From contig CBDFIQ010000001.1 of the NCBI GenBank assembly GCA_965248195.1, positions 704,001 to 768,000 of the forward strand: 64,000 nt of DNA, read 5' to 3'. The notes under the pieces are model-generated. The model searched no databases. It was not told where the DNA came from and saw only the letters and a list, made by a program, of their open reading frames with translations. The translations under genes and the position numbers were made by a program. Positions within the stretch are counted from its first letter, which is position 1, and each line of letters begins with the position of its first letter. The DNA comes from Longimicrobiales bacterium. Its GTDB lineage: Bacteria; Gemmatimonadota; Gemmatimonadetes; Longimicrobiales; Gaopeijiaceae. Positions 28,467-38,051 of the stretch are shown one piece after another.

Positions 28467-29429
28467 ATGAGCACGCGGTTTCGAGGCCTCGTTCCCCGCG
28501 GAGTAATCGCCGGAGTGATCGGCGCTACTGCGCTCGCTTTCTGGTTTTTGGTGATCGACGGCTCTCAGGGTGAGCCCTTCCGTACGCCGGGATTTCTGGG
28601 GGGTGCTCTCTTGGGCACCGACGCCCTCGAACCGCGCGCCGGTCCGGTCATTCTTTACACGCTCCTTCACTACGTCGCCTTCATCGGCGTCGGATTGGGC
28701 GTAGCGTGGTCCCTCTCCAAGATCCACACGACGCCGAACATTTTCCTGGGGCTGGTCCTCGGCTTCGGGCTCTACGATCTGGTCTTTTACACGGGCCTCA
28801 CGGTGACCGGGGTGGACGTCGTCGGCGAGTTCGGTTGGCCCCCCGTCCTGATGGGTAATCTGATCGCCGGTGTATCTCTCATGAGCTTTCTCCACTTCAC
28901 GGGTGCCAGGCCGCCCATATCGTGGTGGACAATCCTCGGCCAGAACAGGGTGTTCAAGGAGGGCCTGGTCGCGGGACTCGTCGGGGCGGGGACGATCGCG
29001 CTGTGGTTCTTCATCGTCGACATGGGACGAGGACAGCCCTTCTTCACACCGGGCGCGCTCGGCTCGGTGCTCTTTCTCGGCTCGACGGAGGCGACTGCCG
29101 TGAGCGTCTCGGTCGCAACCGTGGCCGGCTACAGCATCCTCCACATCGGCGCCTTCTTCGCCACAGGCTTCATCGCCGCCGCCATCGCCGGTTACGCTGA
29201 GGACACGCCTCCGCTCATCATCGGTGCGGTGATGCTCTTTGTGGCCTTCGAGGCCTTCTTCATGGCACTCATGGCCCTTTCGGCCGAGTTTCTACTCAGC
29301 GCCTTGGCTTGGTGGGCGATCGTGGTGGGTAACGTTCTAGCCACCTTGACCATGGGATCCTACCTCTGGGTCAAACACCCGAAACTACGGGAGGCGCTCG
29401 CGGCCAATCCGATGGACAAGACGGCCTGA
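28467..29429 (+). CDS. Polytopic membrane protein with internal duplication
   Basis: Two repeats of G..AG..GA...A.WF...D...G.PF.TPG.LG...Y..LH. Confidence 0.8.
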   Translation: MSTRFRGLVPRGVIAGVIGATALAFWFLVIDGSQGEPFRTPGFLGGALLGTDALEPRAGPVILYTLLHYVAFIGVGLGVAWSLSKIHTTPNIFLGLVLGFGLYDLVFYTGLTVTGVDVVGEFGWPPVLMGNLIAGVSLMSFLHFTGARPPISWWTILGQNRVFKEGLVAGLVGAGTIALWFFIVDMGRGQPFFTPGALGSVLFLGSTEATAVSVSVATVAGYSILHIGAFFATGFIAAAIAGYAEDTPPLIIGAVMLFVAFEAFFMALMALSAEFLLSALAWWAIVVGNVLATLTMGSYLWVKHPKLREALAANPMDKTA

Positions 29430-29471
29430 GGGCGAAGTCCGTCGATTTGGGGAGTTCTACCCCCGTGGAGC

Positions 29472-29672
29472 CTACTCCTCGACGCCGAGGAAGCGCTTGA
29501 GGTGCCAGAGGTAGTAGGCCAGACCGGCCGTGAAAACGAAGAAGACTCCCGAGATCACCAGGGACCCGCTTCCCCCGCCTCTGGTGAACGCCAAGAGTTC
29601 GTAGGCGCCATATCCCGCACAAAACAAGATGGCGGCGGCGATGAGGACCCGATGAAAGCTGATGAGGGACAA
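29472..29672 (-). CDS. Small two-TM membrane protein
   Basis: GGAG RBS, TTG start, MSLISFHRVLI plus two hydrophobic helices. Confidence 0.65.
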   Translation of the reverse strand: MSLISFHRVLIAAAILFCAGYGAYELLAFTRGGGSGSLVISGVFFVFTAGLAYYLWHLKRFLGVEE

Positions 29673-29792
29673 GCCGTGCGTCTCCGTTGGCGGATCGCCA
29701 GAAAGTGGCTACGTGCCTTCGAGTTCGATGCCCGTGATCGAGTCCGGACACCATAGGTTGCAGTCCGGACATCAAGATAGCGACGATCGCTC

Positions 29793-30770
29793 CTAGCCGG
29801 GGACCTCCTCGGAAAGAACGTGGCGAATCACTCTTCCGACGGCTTTTCTCTCCTTCAAGAACGCGTCATGCCCGAAGTTGGACGTGATACGAATCGTCCG
29901 TCCCGTGCCGGGTAACCGGCGCACCATTTCCGCGATCAGCCACGGAGGAACCAACGTATCCGAGTCGATGGATACGACGGTCGTCGGCACGTGAATAAGT
30001 GCCGGATCGACGTCGTGGAGGTCCAGCGACTGTGACAGAATCGCGAAGGCTCGTCCGTCGAAGTGCCGAATGAACATCTCTCCCTGAACCTTCAAGTACT
30101 TCTCCACAGCGAAGTGGGGGCTTCCCTCTTCCCAGATCGGGACCGATACGAACCGCTTCTCGAATTCCTCCGGAGTGCGGTAGGTGGTCATCGCGAGCTC
30201 ACGTGCGAGAGCCAGGCCCTCGGACTCCCGTCCCGCGTGGGCGGCCAACTCGACGATGCGGCGCTGGAGGGTCCGAAGGCCCGTGGCCATGGGATGAGAT
30301 CTGTGCGCCGCACAGAAAACCAGTAGGCGCGCCAAGCGGTCCGGATGGCGCGCCCCGAGAACAAGGCCCACCATTCCTCCGTAAGAGGCGCCCACGAATG
30401 CGTGTAGTTTTTCGATGCCGAGGTGATCGAGTACTACCTTCACCCCATCAGCCTGGTCCTCGGTGGTAACGACGGGGGTGCCCGGTCCGTTGGCCGGCAC
30501 CGACGACGCGCCCGACCCGCCGATATAATCGACGCCGATCACGCGATAGGACTCGGGGTCGAGATCAGCCCCGGGGCCGACCACACCGGGCCACCAACCA
30601 GGCGTGCCATCTTCATCACCACAAACGAAACGATGGGCAGAGATGCCGCCAAGGACCATCACAGCGGGTGCGTCCTCCGGGCCATACGAAGCGTAGGCCA
30701 CCCTCCCACCCTCATCCGACGAACCGGCCAACTCGACCGTCCCGAACCGGGCCCCCGTGACGGAGATCAT
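29793..30770 (-). CDS. metX: Homoserine O-acyltransferase (MetX family, probably succinyl type)
   Basis: GGISAH, GWW, GASYGG, GHDAFL; upstream SAM riboswitch; GGAGG RBS. Confidence 0.88.
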   Translation of the reverse strand: MISVTGARFGTVELAGSSDEGGRVAYASYGPEDAPAVMVLGGISAHRFVCGDEDGTPGWWPGVVGPGADLDPESYRVIGVDYIGGSGASSVPANGPGTPVVTTEDQADGVKVVLDHLGIEKLHAFVGASYGGMVGLVLGARHPDRLARLLVFCAAHRSHPMATGLRTLQRRIVELAAHAGRESEGLALARELAMTTYRTPEEFEKRFVSVPIWEEGSPHFAVEKYLKVQGEMFIRHFDGRAFAILSQSLDLHDVDPALIHVPTTVVSIDSDTLVPPWLIAEMVRRLPGTGRTIRITSNFGHDAFLKERKAVGRVIRHVLSEEVPG

Positions 30771-30894
30771 GACCGCCTCCGGAACTCCATGTTGTTCTCC
30801 CGTTCCTATATGCAGCGGAACCAAGAGCACTGCCGGATGAAGCGGACTTGACCCGTAGGCCTCGGCGAGGAGAAGCCGCGGCTCGGACGCGCGT

Positions 30895-31009
30895 TCATCT
30901 GTCGGTGAACCTTAGTTCCCGCAGGACTTGGCACCTTTTCGGGAGTTGCGTGATCCCCCCGTAGGTTGCCCCGGCGTCTCAGGGCCTGCCCCTCAGCCGG
31001 TCTTGATGA
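30895..31009 (-). ncRNA. SAM-I (S-box) riboswitch
   Basis: Minus strand tcATCAAGAccggctGAGGGgcaGGCCCtgagacgccggGGCAACC...aaGGTGCCAAgTCCtgc...AGATGA matches S-box consensus, upstream of metX. Confidence 0.92.
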
Positions 31010-31047
31010 TGCTTGGAGTGTACGAAGGGAGCCTCAGCGGGTCAACC

Positions 31048-31094
31048 GTGGGTTGCGGCCCGATGGTGGGTTGCGGCCCGATAGTGCGTTTCGG
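31048..31094. repeat. 18-bp tandem repeat (about 2.5 copies)
   Basis: gtgggttgcggcccgat x2 plus degenerate third copy. Confidence 0.75.
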
Positions 31095-31102
31095 CTGGAC
31101 AG

Positions 31103-31360
31103 TCAGGGCAGCTTGTCGAGCTCGATGGCCTCGTCGATCAACATGATCGGAATATCCTCCCGAACGGGATACAGGACCTTATCGTCCTCCCGGACAAGGC
31201 CCTCCTCCACCGGATCAGTCACCTCATCGCCGCCCCGATTGGTCACGTCTCCTGACCGGATCGCCTGATTCAGTCGGTCCAGAAGCTCGCCCCCGGCTGG
31301 GCGCACGGGTTGGTGGGTCTCAGGGCAGACTAGAATCTCGAGTAGCTCAGGATCGACCAT
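31103..31360 (-). CDS. Trm112-family protein
   Basis: LLEILVCPET...YPVREDIPIMLIDEA. Confidence 0.9.
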   Translation of the reverse strand: MVDPELLEILVCPETHQPVRPAGGELLDRLNQAIRSGDVTNRGGDEVTDPVEEGLVREDDKVLYPVREDIPIMLIDEAIELDKLP

Positions 31361-31470
31361 GGGAACGCCTTCGCCTCAATCCCGGTAAGGAAGATAGGTT
31401 CGCTTCACGATGCGGAGCCTGACGCGGGAATCTATCATCCCGGCCGGCCGGTGGGGAGTCGCAACGAACA

Positions 31471-31956
31471 ATGAAATCGCTCATCTTCCTGCTCGCCACA
31501 GCCGCGGCGCTTCCACACGTGAATCCGAACGCGGACCTCCGGCCGGACCTAGTCACAGCGGCCAACCCGGCGACCACGGCCAACATGCCCGACGCGGCCA
31601 CGGCACTGGTCGTCTTCGGTAGTGATACGGTCCGCGCCGAAGTAGCGAATACGGCGGAGACGCGATCGCGGGGCCTCATGTACAGAGACGAGGTCCCGGA
31701 CGGTACGGGCATGCTTTTCGTTTTCGACAGGGAGGCAGAGCGGTCGTTCTGGATGCAAAATACGTACGTTGCGCTCGACGTGGCCTTTATCGACGCCAGC
31801 TTCAGGATCGTCGATATCCAGCAGATGGAGCCCGAAACCACCGACATCCATGATGGCGCGAGCCCCGCGATGTTCGCCCTCGAGGTTCGTCAAGGGTGGT
31901 TCGCAGAAAGGGGCATCGCGGTCGGCGACCGCTGCGAGTTCATTTTTTCGCCGTAG
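31471..31956 (+). CDS. DUF192 domain protein
   Basis: RGLMYR, GMLFVF, FWMQNT, ALEV. Confidence 0.9.
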   Translation: MKSLIFLLATAAALPHVNPNADLRPDLVTAANPATTANMPDAATALVVFGSDTVRAEVANTAETRSRGLMYRDEVPDGTGMLFVFDREAERSFWMQNTYVALDVAFIDASFRIVDIQQMEPETTDIHDGASPAMFALEVRQGWFAERGIAVGDRCEFIFSP

Positions 31957-32028
31957 ACTGCAGAGGGCCCTGGCCGCACCGCGGGTCCCGGCCGCCGCCG
32001 ATCCAGCTCGAAAGCCGACCGCCTCCTG

Positions 32029-33228
32029 TTATGGTGGGCTGCGGCCTGCACTAGCCGCCGGAGCCGCGGCCCCCTGAAGCGCCTCGATCAAGGCGCCGAC
32101 ATCGCTCTCGTCGTTGTAAACGTGGGGCGACACGCGCAACGCACTTCCCCGCAGCGACACGAAGATTTGTCGCGCCTCCAACTCCGCTTTCAGCGCCTCC
32201 AACTCCAAGCCCTCCGGCATTCGCAGCCCGAACAGATGATCGGCCCGCCACTCGTCTTGCTCGACCGAAAAACCGAGCGAAACAGACGCGTCGATCAGTG
32301 GAGCCGCCAACCTCCGGCAATAGTCCTGCACGGCGCCCGGACTCCACTGGAGGATCAAATCCAGCGACGCTTGAAGCATAGGATGAAGAATGAAATTCGC
32401 GCGCTCTCCCATGTCGTACCGGATCGCGGCACCCGGCTGGTACTCGTTCTGGTAGTCAACCAAGCTCTTGAAGTGCTCGCTCCCCTTCCGCCCGAGCCAA
32501 GTCTCTTCCAGAGGAATACCACCATCGAACCGAGGTCCGAGGTATGCCACGGCGGTGGAGTACGGGCCGAGCAGCCACTTGTAGGCCGCGACGATCAAGG
32601 CGTCCGGCTGGATCTCGGAAACGTCGAACGGTAACGCACCGACCGACTGGGTTCCGTCGACCACCAGGGCCGCTCCCACCTCTCTCGCGCGCCGCCCGAT
32701 GGCCCCCAGATCGAAGACAGTCCCATCGGTCCAGTGGACTTGCGGTAGGGTAACGACGGCCGTGTTCTGGTCGATCGCCTCGAGAATGCGCTCGTTCCAG
32801 ACCGCACCACGAGTCGACTCATCGGGAGGAACCACCGTCTGGATCGCCGCCCCACAGTCCGCGGCTTTCCTACGCCATGCATAAACGTTCCCGGGAAACT
32901 GCTCGTGGAGAAGAACGATGTTGTGACCCTTCTCCACGCCCAGATTACGAGCGGCCACAGCCACACCGTACGAAGCGGAGGGAATGATCGCGATGCGGCT
33001 CGGATCGGCCGCGCCTACGAGACGCGCGAAACGCGAGCGGATCTCATCACACCCGGCGAAGAAGTCGGAGGCATGGATGCCCATGGGCATCCGTTTTCGG
33101 CGCATTCCCTGGATGCCAGCCTCTTCAGAGACCCTCGGCAGCGGACCCATGTATGCACAGTTCAGATACCGGACATCACCCGGAAGGCCGAACTCTTCCC
33201 GTTGGCACTGGAGCCGATCTATTTTCAT
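32029..33228 (-). CDS. Class V PLP-dependent aminotransferase/cysteine desulfurase-like enzyme
   Basis: YLNCAYMGP, VDGTQSVG, YKWLLGP, LRVSPHVYN. Confidence 0.9.
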   Translation of the reverse strand: MKIDRLQCQREEFGLPGDVRYLNCAYMGPLPRVSEEAGIQGMRRKRMPMGIHASDFFAGCDEIRSRFARLVGAADPSRIAIIPSASYGVAVAARNLGVEKGHNIVLLHEQFPGNVYAWRRKAADCGAAIQTVVPPDESTRGAVWNERILEAIDQNTAVVTLPQVHWTDGTVFDLGAIGRRAREVGAALVVDGTQSVGALPFDVSEIQPDALIVAAYKWLLGPYSTAVAYLGPRFDGGIPLEETWLGRKGSEHFKSLVDYQNEYQPGAAIRYDMGERANFILHPMLQASLDLILQWSPGAVQDYCRRLAAPLIDASVSLGFSVEQDEWRADHLFGLRMPEGLELEALKAELEARQIFVSLRGSALRVSPHVYNDESDVGALIEALQGAAAPAASAGRSPP

Positions 33229-33554
33229 CGCGTCGCTTCGGCGGCGGCGGTTTTTTTGGTGGCGAACCCCCTGGCGAGGATTCGCTCGGTCGTGATTCTC
33301 CTGCGGTGATTTTCTCCGCAGTACCCTCATAACCCGTAAAGATAGTGACAACTGCTGCCATGGTAAGCGGAATCAGCATAACGATTGACCGGCCCGCCGG
33401 CGCACGACGCCTTGCGGCCGATCCTGGTGGTGGCCCTCAAAGACCCACGAGCCAATCACCCCGGACCTAACTTGGCCGCGATAGACCGATCAGGTTATCG
33501 TTTGTGTCAGGCACGAACGAACGACTTGGTGTGGCCGCTTGAGGGAGAGAGGTG

Positions 33555-34142
33555 ATGGGGCTTAGGACGAACCCTGATCGAATTCTAGAGAACATCGATC
33601 GCCAAAGGATCCGGGACGAGGAGGCTCAGGCCGGCCAGGACCGCCAGGCTGTCGGTCGGGAGCTGGAGACGGAAATCCCCGAGGTAGATGCGACGACGCC
33701 TGAGCGGATGAAGCGCATATTCGCCATCGTGAGGCGCAGCTACACGAAAGCGGCGTCGAATGTGGAACTCGGCAAGTTGGCTTCGCACTTCCGCGCAGTG
33801 GGCGACATTCCTACGCACCATGCCCGAGGCGACGTATCGGTTTCCATCCAGTACATCGATTCCGCTAGGCTCGACGACATCGGAATGGCCCCGTTCGAGA
33901 TTCTGCCGGAACGCCTCGTAGAAGCGAAGAAGGAAACCAAAACGAGCCGCCCCGACGTCAATGCGCTCAAGGTGCTCCGTAGGGAGATCCGCGATGGGGT
34001 GATGGCCGCGTACAGGAAGGTCGAACCGAGAGTTCGGGACGCGCTCCGAGACCGTGCCGACATGGGCCATGTCGCGGTGCAGGTGACCATGGACGTTCGG
34101 CCCGTAGAGGTAAGGCTACCAGAGGACGAGTCGATCCTCTAG
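33555..34142 (+). CDS. Hypothetical soluble protein
   Basis: GGAGAGAGG RBS, long ORF with host-like codon use. Confidence 0.7.
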   Translation: MGLRTNPDRILENIDRQRIRDEEAQAGQDRQAVGRELETEIPEVDATTPERMKRIFAIVRRSYTKAASNVELGKLASHFRAVGDIPTHHARGDVSVSIQYIDSARLDDIGMAPFEILPERLVEAKKETKTSRPDVNALKVLRREIRDGVMAAYRKVEPRVRDALRDRADMGHVAVQVTMDVRPVEVRLPEDESIL

Positions 34143-34196
34143 AAGGCCTTCAACAGCCTTCCGGTCCCGTAGTCCGGATCCTGGGCCCGTGGGGTC

Positions 34197-35993
34197 ATGG
34201 CAACGCCCGTCGGGATACCCCAACGTGTCCCCATGCCCATACGACCTCTTCGGCTCGGCCAATCGCTGGTGCAGGCTGGACGGCTTGAAAAACGGCATCT
34301 GAGCGCAGCGCTGGACGAACAAAAAGGTTCTGGGCGGCGCCTCGGCGACATTCTCGTCCGAAGAGGGTACGTCGACGACAAGGCCGTTGCCCGCTCGTTA
34401 GCGGCTCAACTCAGGCTCCCCTTCGCCGAAGGACCTCTGATCTGCGAGCCCGAGGCCCAAGGGCTCGTAGACGCCGCGCTGGCCCGTGCTCGGGCCATTC
34501 TTCCGTTGTCGGCCACCGACCGCACCCTCCGGCTGGCCGTGTCCGACCCGCTGGACCAGGAGACGCTGCAGGAGGTTCGTTTCAGCACCCGACGCCACAT
34601 CGAGCCCGTCGTGGCCGCGCCGTCCACCATCGCTGAGGGCATCCGTACGGCATACGAAGGGGAGTTGGCCGAGTTGGTCGACAACCTTCCAGCGTGTGAC
34701 GCCGAATCAGAGGATGACCGGACGTTGAGAGCCGCTGCGGCCGCCGCGCCGGTCGTCCGGCTGGTGGATCACATCCTTCAACAGGCCGCAGCCTTGGGAG
34801 CCAGTGACATCCATCTCGAACCGTTCGCGGGTCGAGTGCGGATCCGGTACCGCATCGACGGTGTTCTGCGCCGCTCCCTTACTCTTCCAGGGAGTGGCCT
34901 CGCTTCCATCACATCACGCATCAAGGTGATGGCGGGAATGGATATCTCCGTCAAGAGACGGCCGCAGGATGGCGGTCTCAGTGTCGATCACGCGGGTGGA
35001 GCCCTCAGGATTCGGGTGTCGGCCTTGCCTGTGGCAGGGGGTGAAAAAGTCGTCCTGAGGCTTTTGGATCCGCTCCAGGTGCCTCGGAACCTCGACGCAC
35101 TCGGGCTCTCGGAGCGCGACGCCTCCCTTCTACGGCGACTCGGCCGGGCAGGGCAAGGCGTGATCCTCGCTGCCGGGCCGACCGGAAGTGGAAAGAGTAG
35201 CAGTCTCTTTGCAGCTCTTGCCGAGTTGAACCAGGAGGGGCTCAATGTGGTCACGCTCGAAGATCCCATGGAGTACCAGATCCCCGGGATCAATCAGGTC
35301 CAGGTGACCCCACTCACGGGTCTGACGTTTCCCGTGGGCCTCCGCGCCATCCTCCGGCAGGATCCAGACGTAGTAATGGTCGGTGAAATCCGGGATCGGG
35401 AGACCGCGGAGATCGCCATGGGTGCCGCCGTTACAGGCCATCTGGTGCTGTCCACGATTCATGCGAACGACGCCCCGGGGGCCATCACCAGGCTTCTCCA
35501 CATGGGGGTGCCGCCCCATTTGGTGGCAGGTGGTCTGAGTGGCGTTGTGGCTCAGCGGCTCGTGCGGACCTTCTGTCGGCTCTGCCGCGGCAGGGACTCC
35601 GAAGCCTGTACCCGGTGCTCAGATGGGTACTCGGGCCGGACCGGAGTCTTCCAACTGCTGGCGATGAACGACGCGATTCGCGACCAGATCATGCGTGGCG
35701 CTTCGACGTCCGATCTGGGGCGGCTCGCTTCCGAGAGCGGTATGGCGTCCCTCACGGAAGACGTGAGCCGGAAGGTGGCCGAAGGCCTCACTTCACCGCA
35801 CGAAGCGGCTCGGGTCATACAGAGCGACGTGGGATCCGCCGCACCGTGCCCGGACTGTGCCGGGGAGGTGCCGTGGGATGCCCTCGGCTGTCCACACTGT
35901 GGGCGCGTGACGCGGCGCCTTTGTACCTGTGGAGCCGTCGTGAGAAGGAGGTGGAGATTCTGCGCCGCCTGCCTGCGGCCCGCAGCCGCTTAG
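34197..35993 (+). CDS. GspE/PilB-family ATPase with N-terminal MshEN domain and C-terminal double zinc ribbon
   Basis: RLGQSL..G/RLGDIL..G; SDIHLEP, GPTGSGKS, LRQDPD, GHLVLSTIH; terminal Cys clusters. Confidence 0.9.
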   Translation: MATPVGIPQRVPMPIRPLRLGQSLVQAGRLEKRHLSAALDEQKGSGRRLGDILVRRGYVDDKAVARSLAAQLRLPFAEGPLICEPEAQGLVDAALARARAILPLSATDRTLRLAVSDPLDQETLQEVRFSTRRHIEPVVAAPSTIAEGIRTAYEGELAELVDNLPACDAESEDDRTLRAAAAAAPVVRLVDHILQQAAALGASDIHLEPFAGRVRIRYRIDGVLRRSLTLPGSGLASITSRIKVMAGMDISVKRRPQDGGLSVDHAGGALRIRVSALPVAGGEKVVLRLLDPLQVPRNLDALGLSERDASLLRRLGRAGQGVILAAGPTGSGKSSSLFAALAELNQEGLNVVTLEDPMEYQIPGINQVQVTPLTGLTFPVGLRAILRQDPDVVMVGEIRDRETAEIAMGAAVTGHLVLSTIHANDAPGAITRLLHMGVPPHLVAGGLSGVVAQRLVRTFCRLCRGRDSEACTRCSDGYSGRTGVFQLLAMNDAIRDQIMRGASTSDLGRLASESGMASLTEDVSRKVAEGLTSPHEAARVIQSDVGSAAPCPDCAGEVPWDALGCPHCGRVTRRLCTCGAVVRRRWRFCAACLRPAAA

Positions 35994-36023
35994 TGTCCTG
36001 GGTCGAATTTCGGACTCAGCCTT

Positions 36024-36734
36024 CTAGTACGGGGATATTTCTCTAAGAAGACGACCGACTGGATCGCCTGACGTCGGCCAAAAATGCCGATCGGAGATCC
36101 GATTCAGTGCGGTGCGGACGGCGCTGAACTGATCCGCCACATCCCGCAGGACGGTGTCCATCCCGAGCTCCCCGGCTTCGAGACTCTCCGATGCGCCACG
36201 GTAACCGGTCGCTCCCAGCTTCTCGAAGTAGGAGATCGGTGGCGCTCCTTTCCGGCGGGTCCGTGCTTCGAGATAGTCCGGAAACAGTCCCGACATCCAG
36301 AGCGCGAAGTCCCCCATGTGCACGCGCAGGAGAAAACGCTGCCGCCCACCGGCGCTTCAGAGCTCCGCGATGATATCGGTCAGGTAGTGGAATTCGCTGT
36401 CGTCTTCGTCAGAAATTCGATACGCACGCCGAGCTCGACCGAACGAAAACAGCATCGATGCGACGTAGTCGGAGGTGTTCTCATCGTCGATCCCTCCCTC
36501 CAGCAGAGCTTGCCGCACGAGTACGTAGAAGATGACTGGGGGAGGGATGGAGACGTCGGCGTCGGTGAGCAAAGCGTTTCGGATCCTCGGGTCGTCCAAT
36601 AGACTCCCAATCCCGCTTTCTTCGATACGGAGACGCGCGGCCTCACCCAACTCCGGGTCTTCTCGCCCCAGGAGGTGTACCAACTGCTGTGCGTCGCTTC
36701 GACTCAGGGAGGCGCGAATCGTGGGTAAAATCAT
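36024..36734 (-). pseudogene. Hypothetical protein interrupted by a single in-frame TGA at 36357-36359
   Basis: ORFs 36357..36734 and 36024..36323 are in the same frame: YLTDIIAEL*SAGGRQRFLLRVHMGDFALW. Confidence 0.7.
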
Positions 36735-36898
36735 GACTCGCTCCTTTTTTATGTTCGAGGTCTTTCATCGTGTCCCTTATCTAATCCTCGACACCTCCCA
36801 AAAAGATTCAACGATTTTTGTGGAGCACGTCCTGGCCCAGACGCGCGTAATACTGGGGATGCCTGCCTGGAAAGCCACGATCTCACTGCACGATCCCG

Positions 36899-37999
36899 TT
36901 AGAAATCGGCCTGTCGCACGGCCCAAGCGTCGAGAAGGTCCTCCCGAACGTTCACGCCAATACCGGGCCCGGACGGGACGGAAACCGTCCCTCCGTCGAG
37001 GACGAACTCCGGGGTCACGATGTCCTCGCTCCAATAACGTCGGCTCGCGGAAATGTCCCCCGGGAGTGTGAATCCGGGGAGGGTAGCCAAGGCGACGTTA
37101 TGGGCCCGTCCGACCCCCGACTCGAGCATCCCCCCACACCAGACAGGCATCTCGTGGTCGACGCACAGGTCGTGGATGGCCTTCGCGGAGGAGAGGCCGC
37201 CTACGCGACCCGGCTTGATGTTGATGATTCGGCACGCCCCGAGTTCGAGGGCAAGGGCAGCGTCTCGGACCGACCGTATGGATTCGTCGAGACAGATGGG
37301 AGTCTGCATTTCACCCTGGAGGCGTGCGTGGTCGAGGTAGTCGTCATGTGCGAGCGGTTGCTCGATCATCATGAGACCGAGTTCGTCCAACTCCCTCAGG
37401 TGGGGCAGATCCTCGAGCGAATACGCCGAATTGGCGTCCGCCATGAGTGGAACCTCCGGAAATCGGTCCCGTAGCCCCCGGAGCATTCTGACGTCCCGCC
37501 CCGGCTTGATCTTGACCTTGATGCGCGCATACCCCTCCTCGATGTAGTCGGCGACCTTCCGGTGCAACTCATCGTCGGTCCCTTGAAGGCCGACGCTGAC
37601 ACCCACGGGAACGGAGTCGCGCACGCCCCCAATCAGGGAGGCCAACGAGCCACCACACCCCTTCGCCTCCAAGTCCCATGCGGCCATCTCCACGGCTGCC
37701 TTCGCCATGCGATGGCCACGAATTCCCTCAAAAACAGGAAGCAGATCAGCGGACGATTCCATCACGGAGCCCGATACCCTCGGCAGGATCAGGCCCGTAA
37801 GAATCGACCAAGCCGTGTCGGTGGTCTCGTACGAATAAGCGGGCGTTTCGCCGGCCACACACTCTCCCCAGGCGACGATCCCCCCGGAATGCAGCGCCAC
37901 GAGGAGCACCCGCCTGTGGTGGGAGACGCCGCTCGAGATCTCGAATGGCTCGCGGAGCTGCATTCGGATTTCGCGTATTTCGACACGGTCGATCTTCAC
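36899..37999 (-). CDS. menC: o-succinylbenzoate synthase / N-succinylamino acid racemase (enolase superfamily)
   Basis: KVKIKPG, DANSAY, EQP, DES, NIKPGRVGG, CGGMLE, DISAS. Confidence 0.9.
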   Translation of the reverse strand: MKIDRVEIREIRMQLREPFEISSGVSHHRRVLLVALHSGGIVAWGECVAGETPAYSYETTDTAWSILTGLILPRVSGSVMESSADLLPVFEGIRGHRMAKAAVEMAAWDLEAKGCGGSLASLIGGVRDSVPVGVSVGLQGTDDELHRKVADYIEEGYARIKVKIKPGRDVRMLRGLRDRFPEVPLMADANSAYSLEDLPHLRELDELGLMMIEQPLAHDDYLDHARLQGEMQTPICLDESIRSVRDAALALELGACRIINIKPGRVGGLSSAKAIHDLCVDHEMPVWCGGMLESGVGRAHNVALATLPGFTLPGDISASRRYWSEDIVTPEFVLDGGTVSVPSGPGIGVNVREDLLDAWAVRQADF

Positions 38000-38051
38000 T
38001 TGAGTCTCTCTCGGAAGGCCGAGGCTGCGATTCTGCGGCTCCGGCCGCGAC

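Noticed and set aside
33176..33379. 67-aa minus-strand ORF and a UUCG hairpin plus T7 at ~33232-33258
   Set aside because: ORF overlaps the aminotransferase start and has no recognisable features; the hairpin has no adjacent plus-strand gene to terminate
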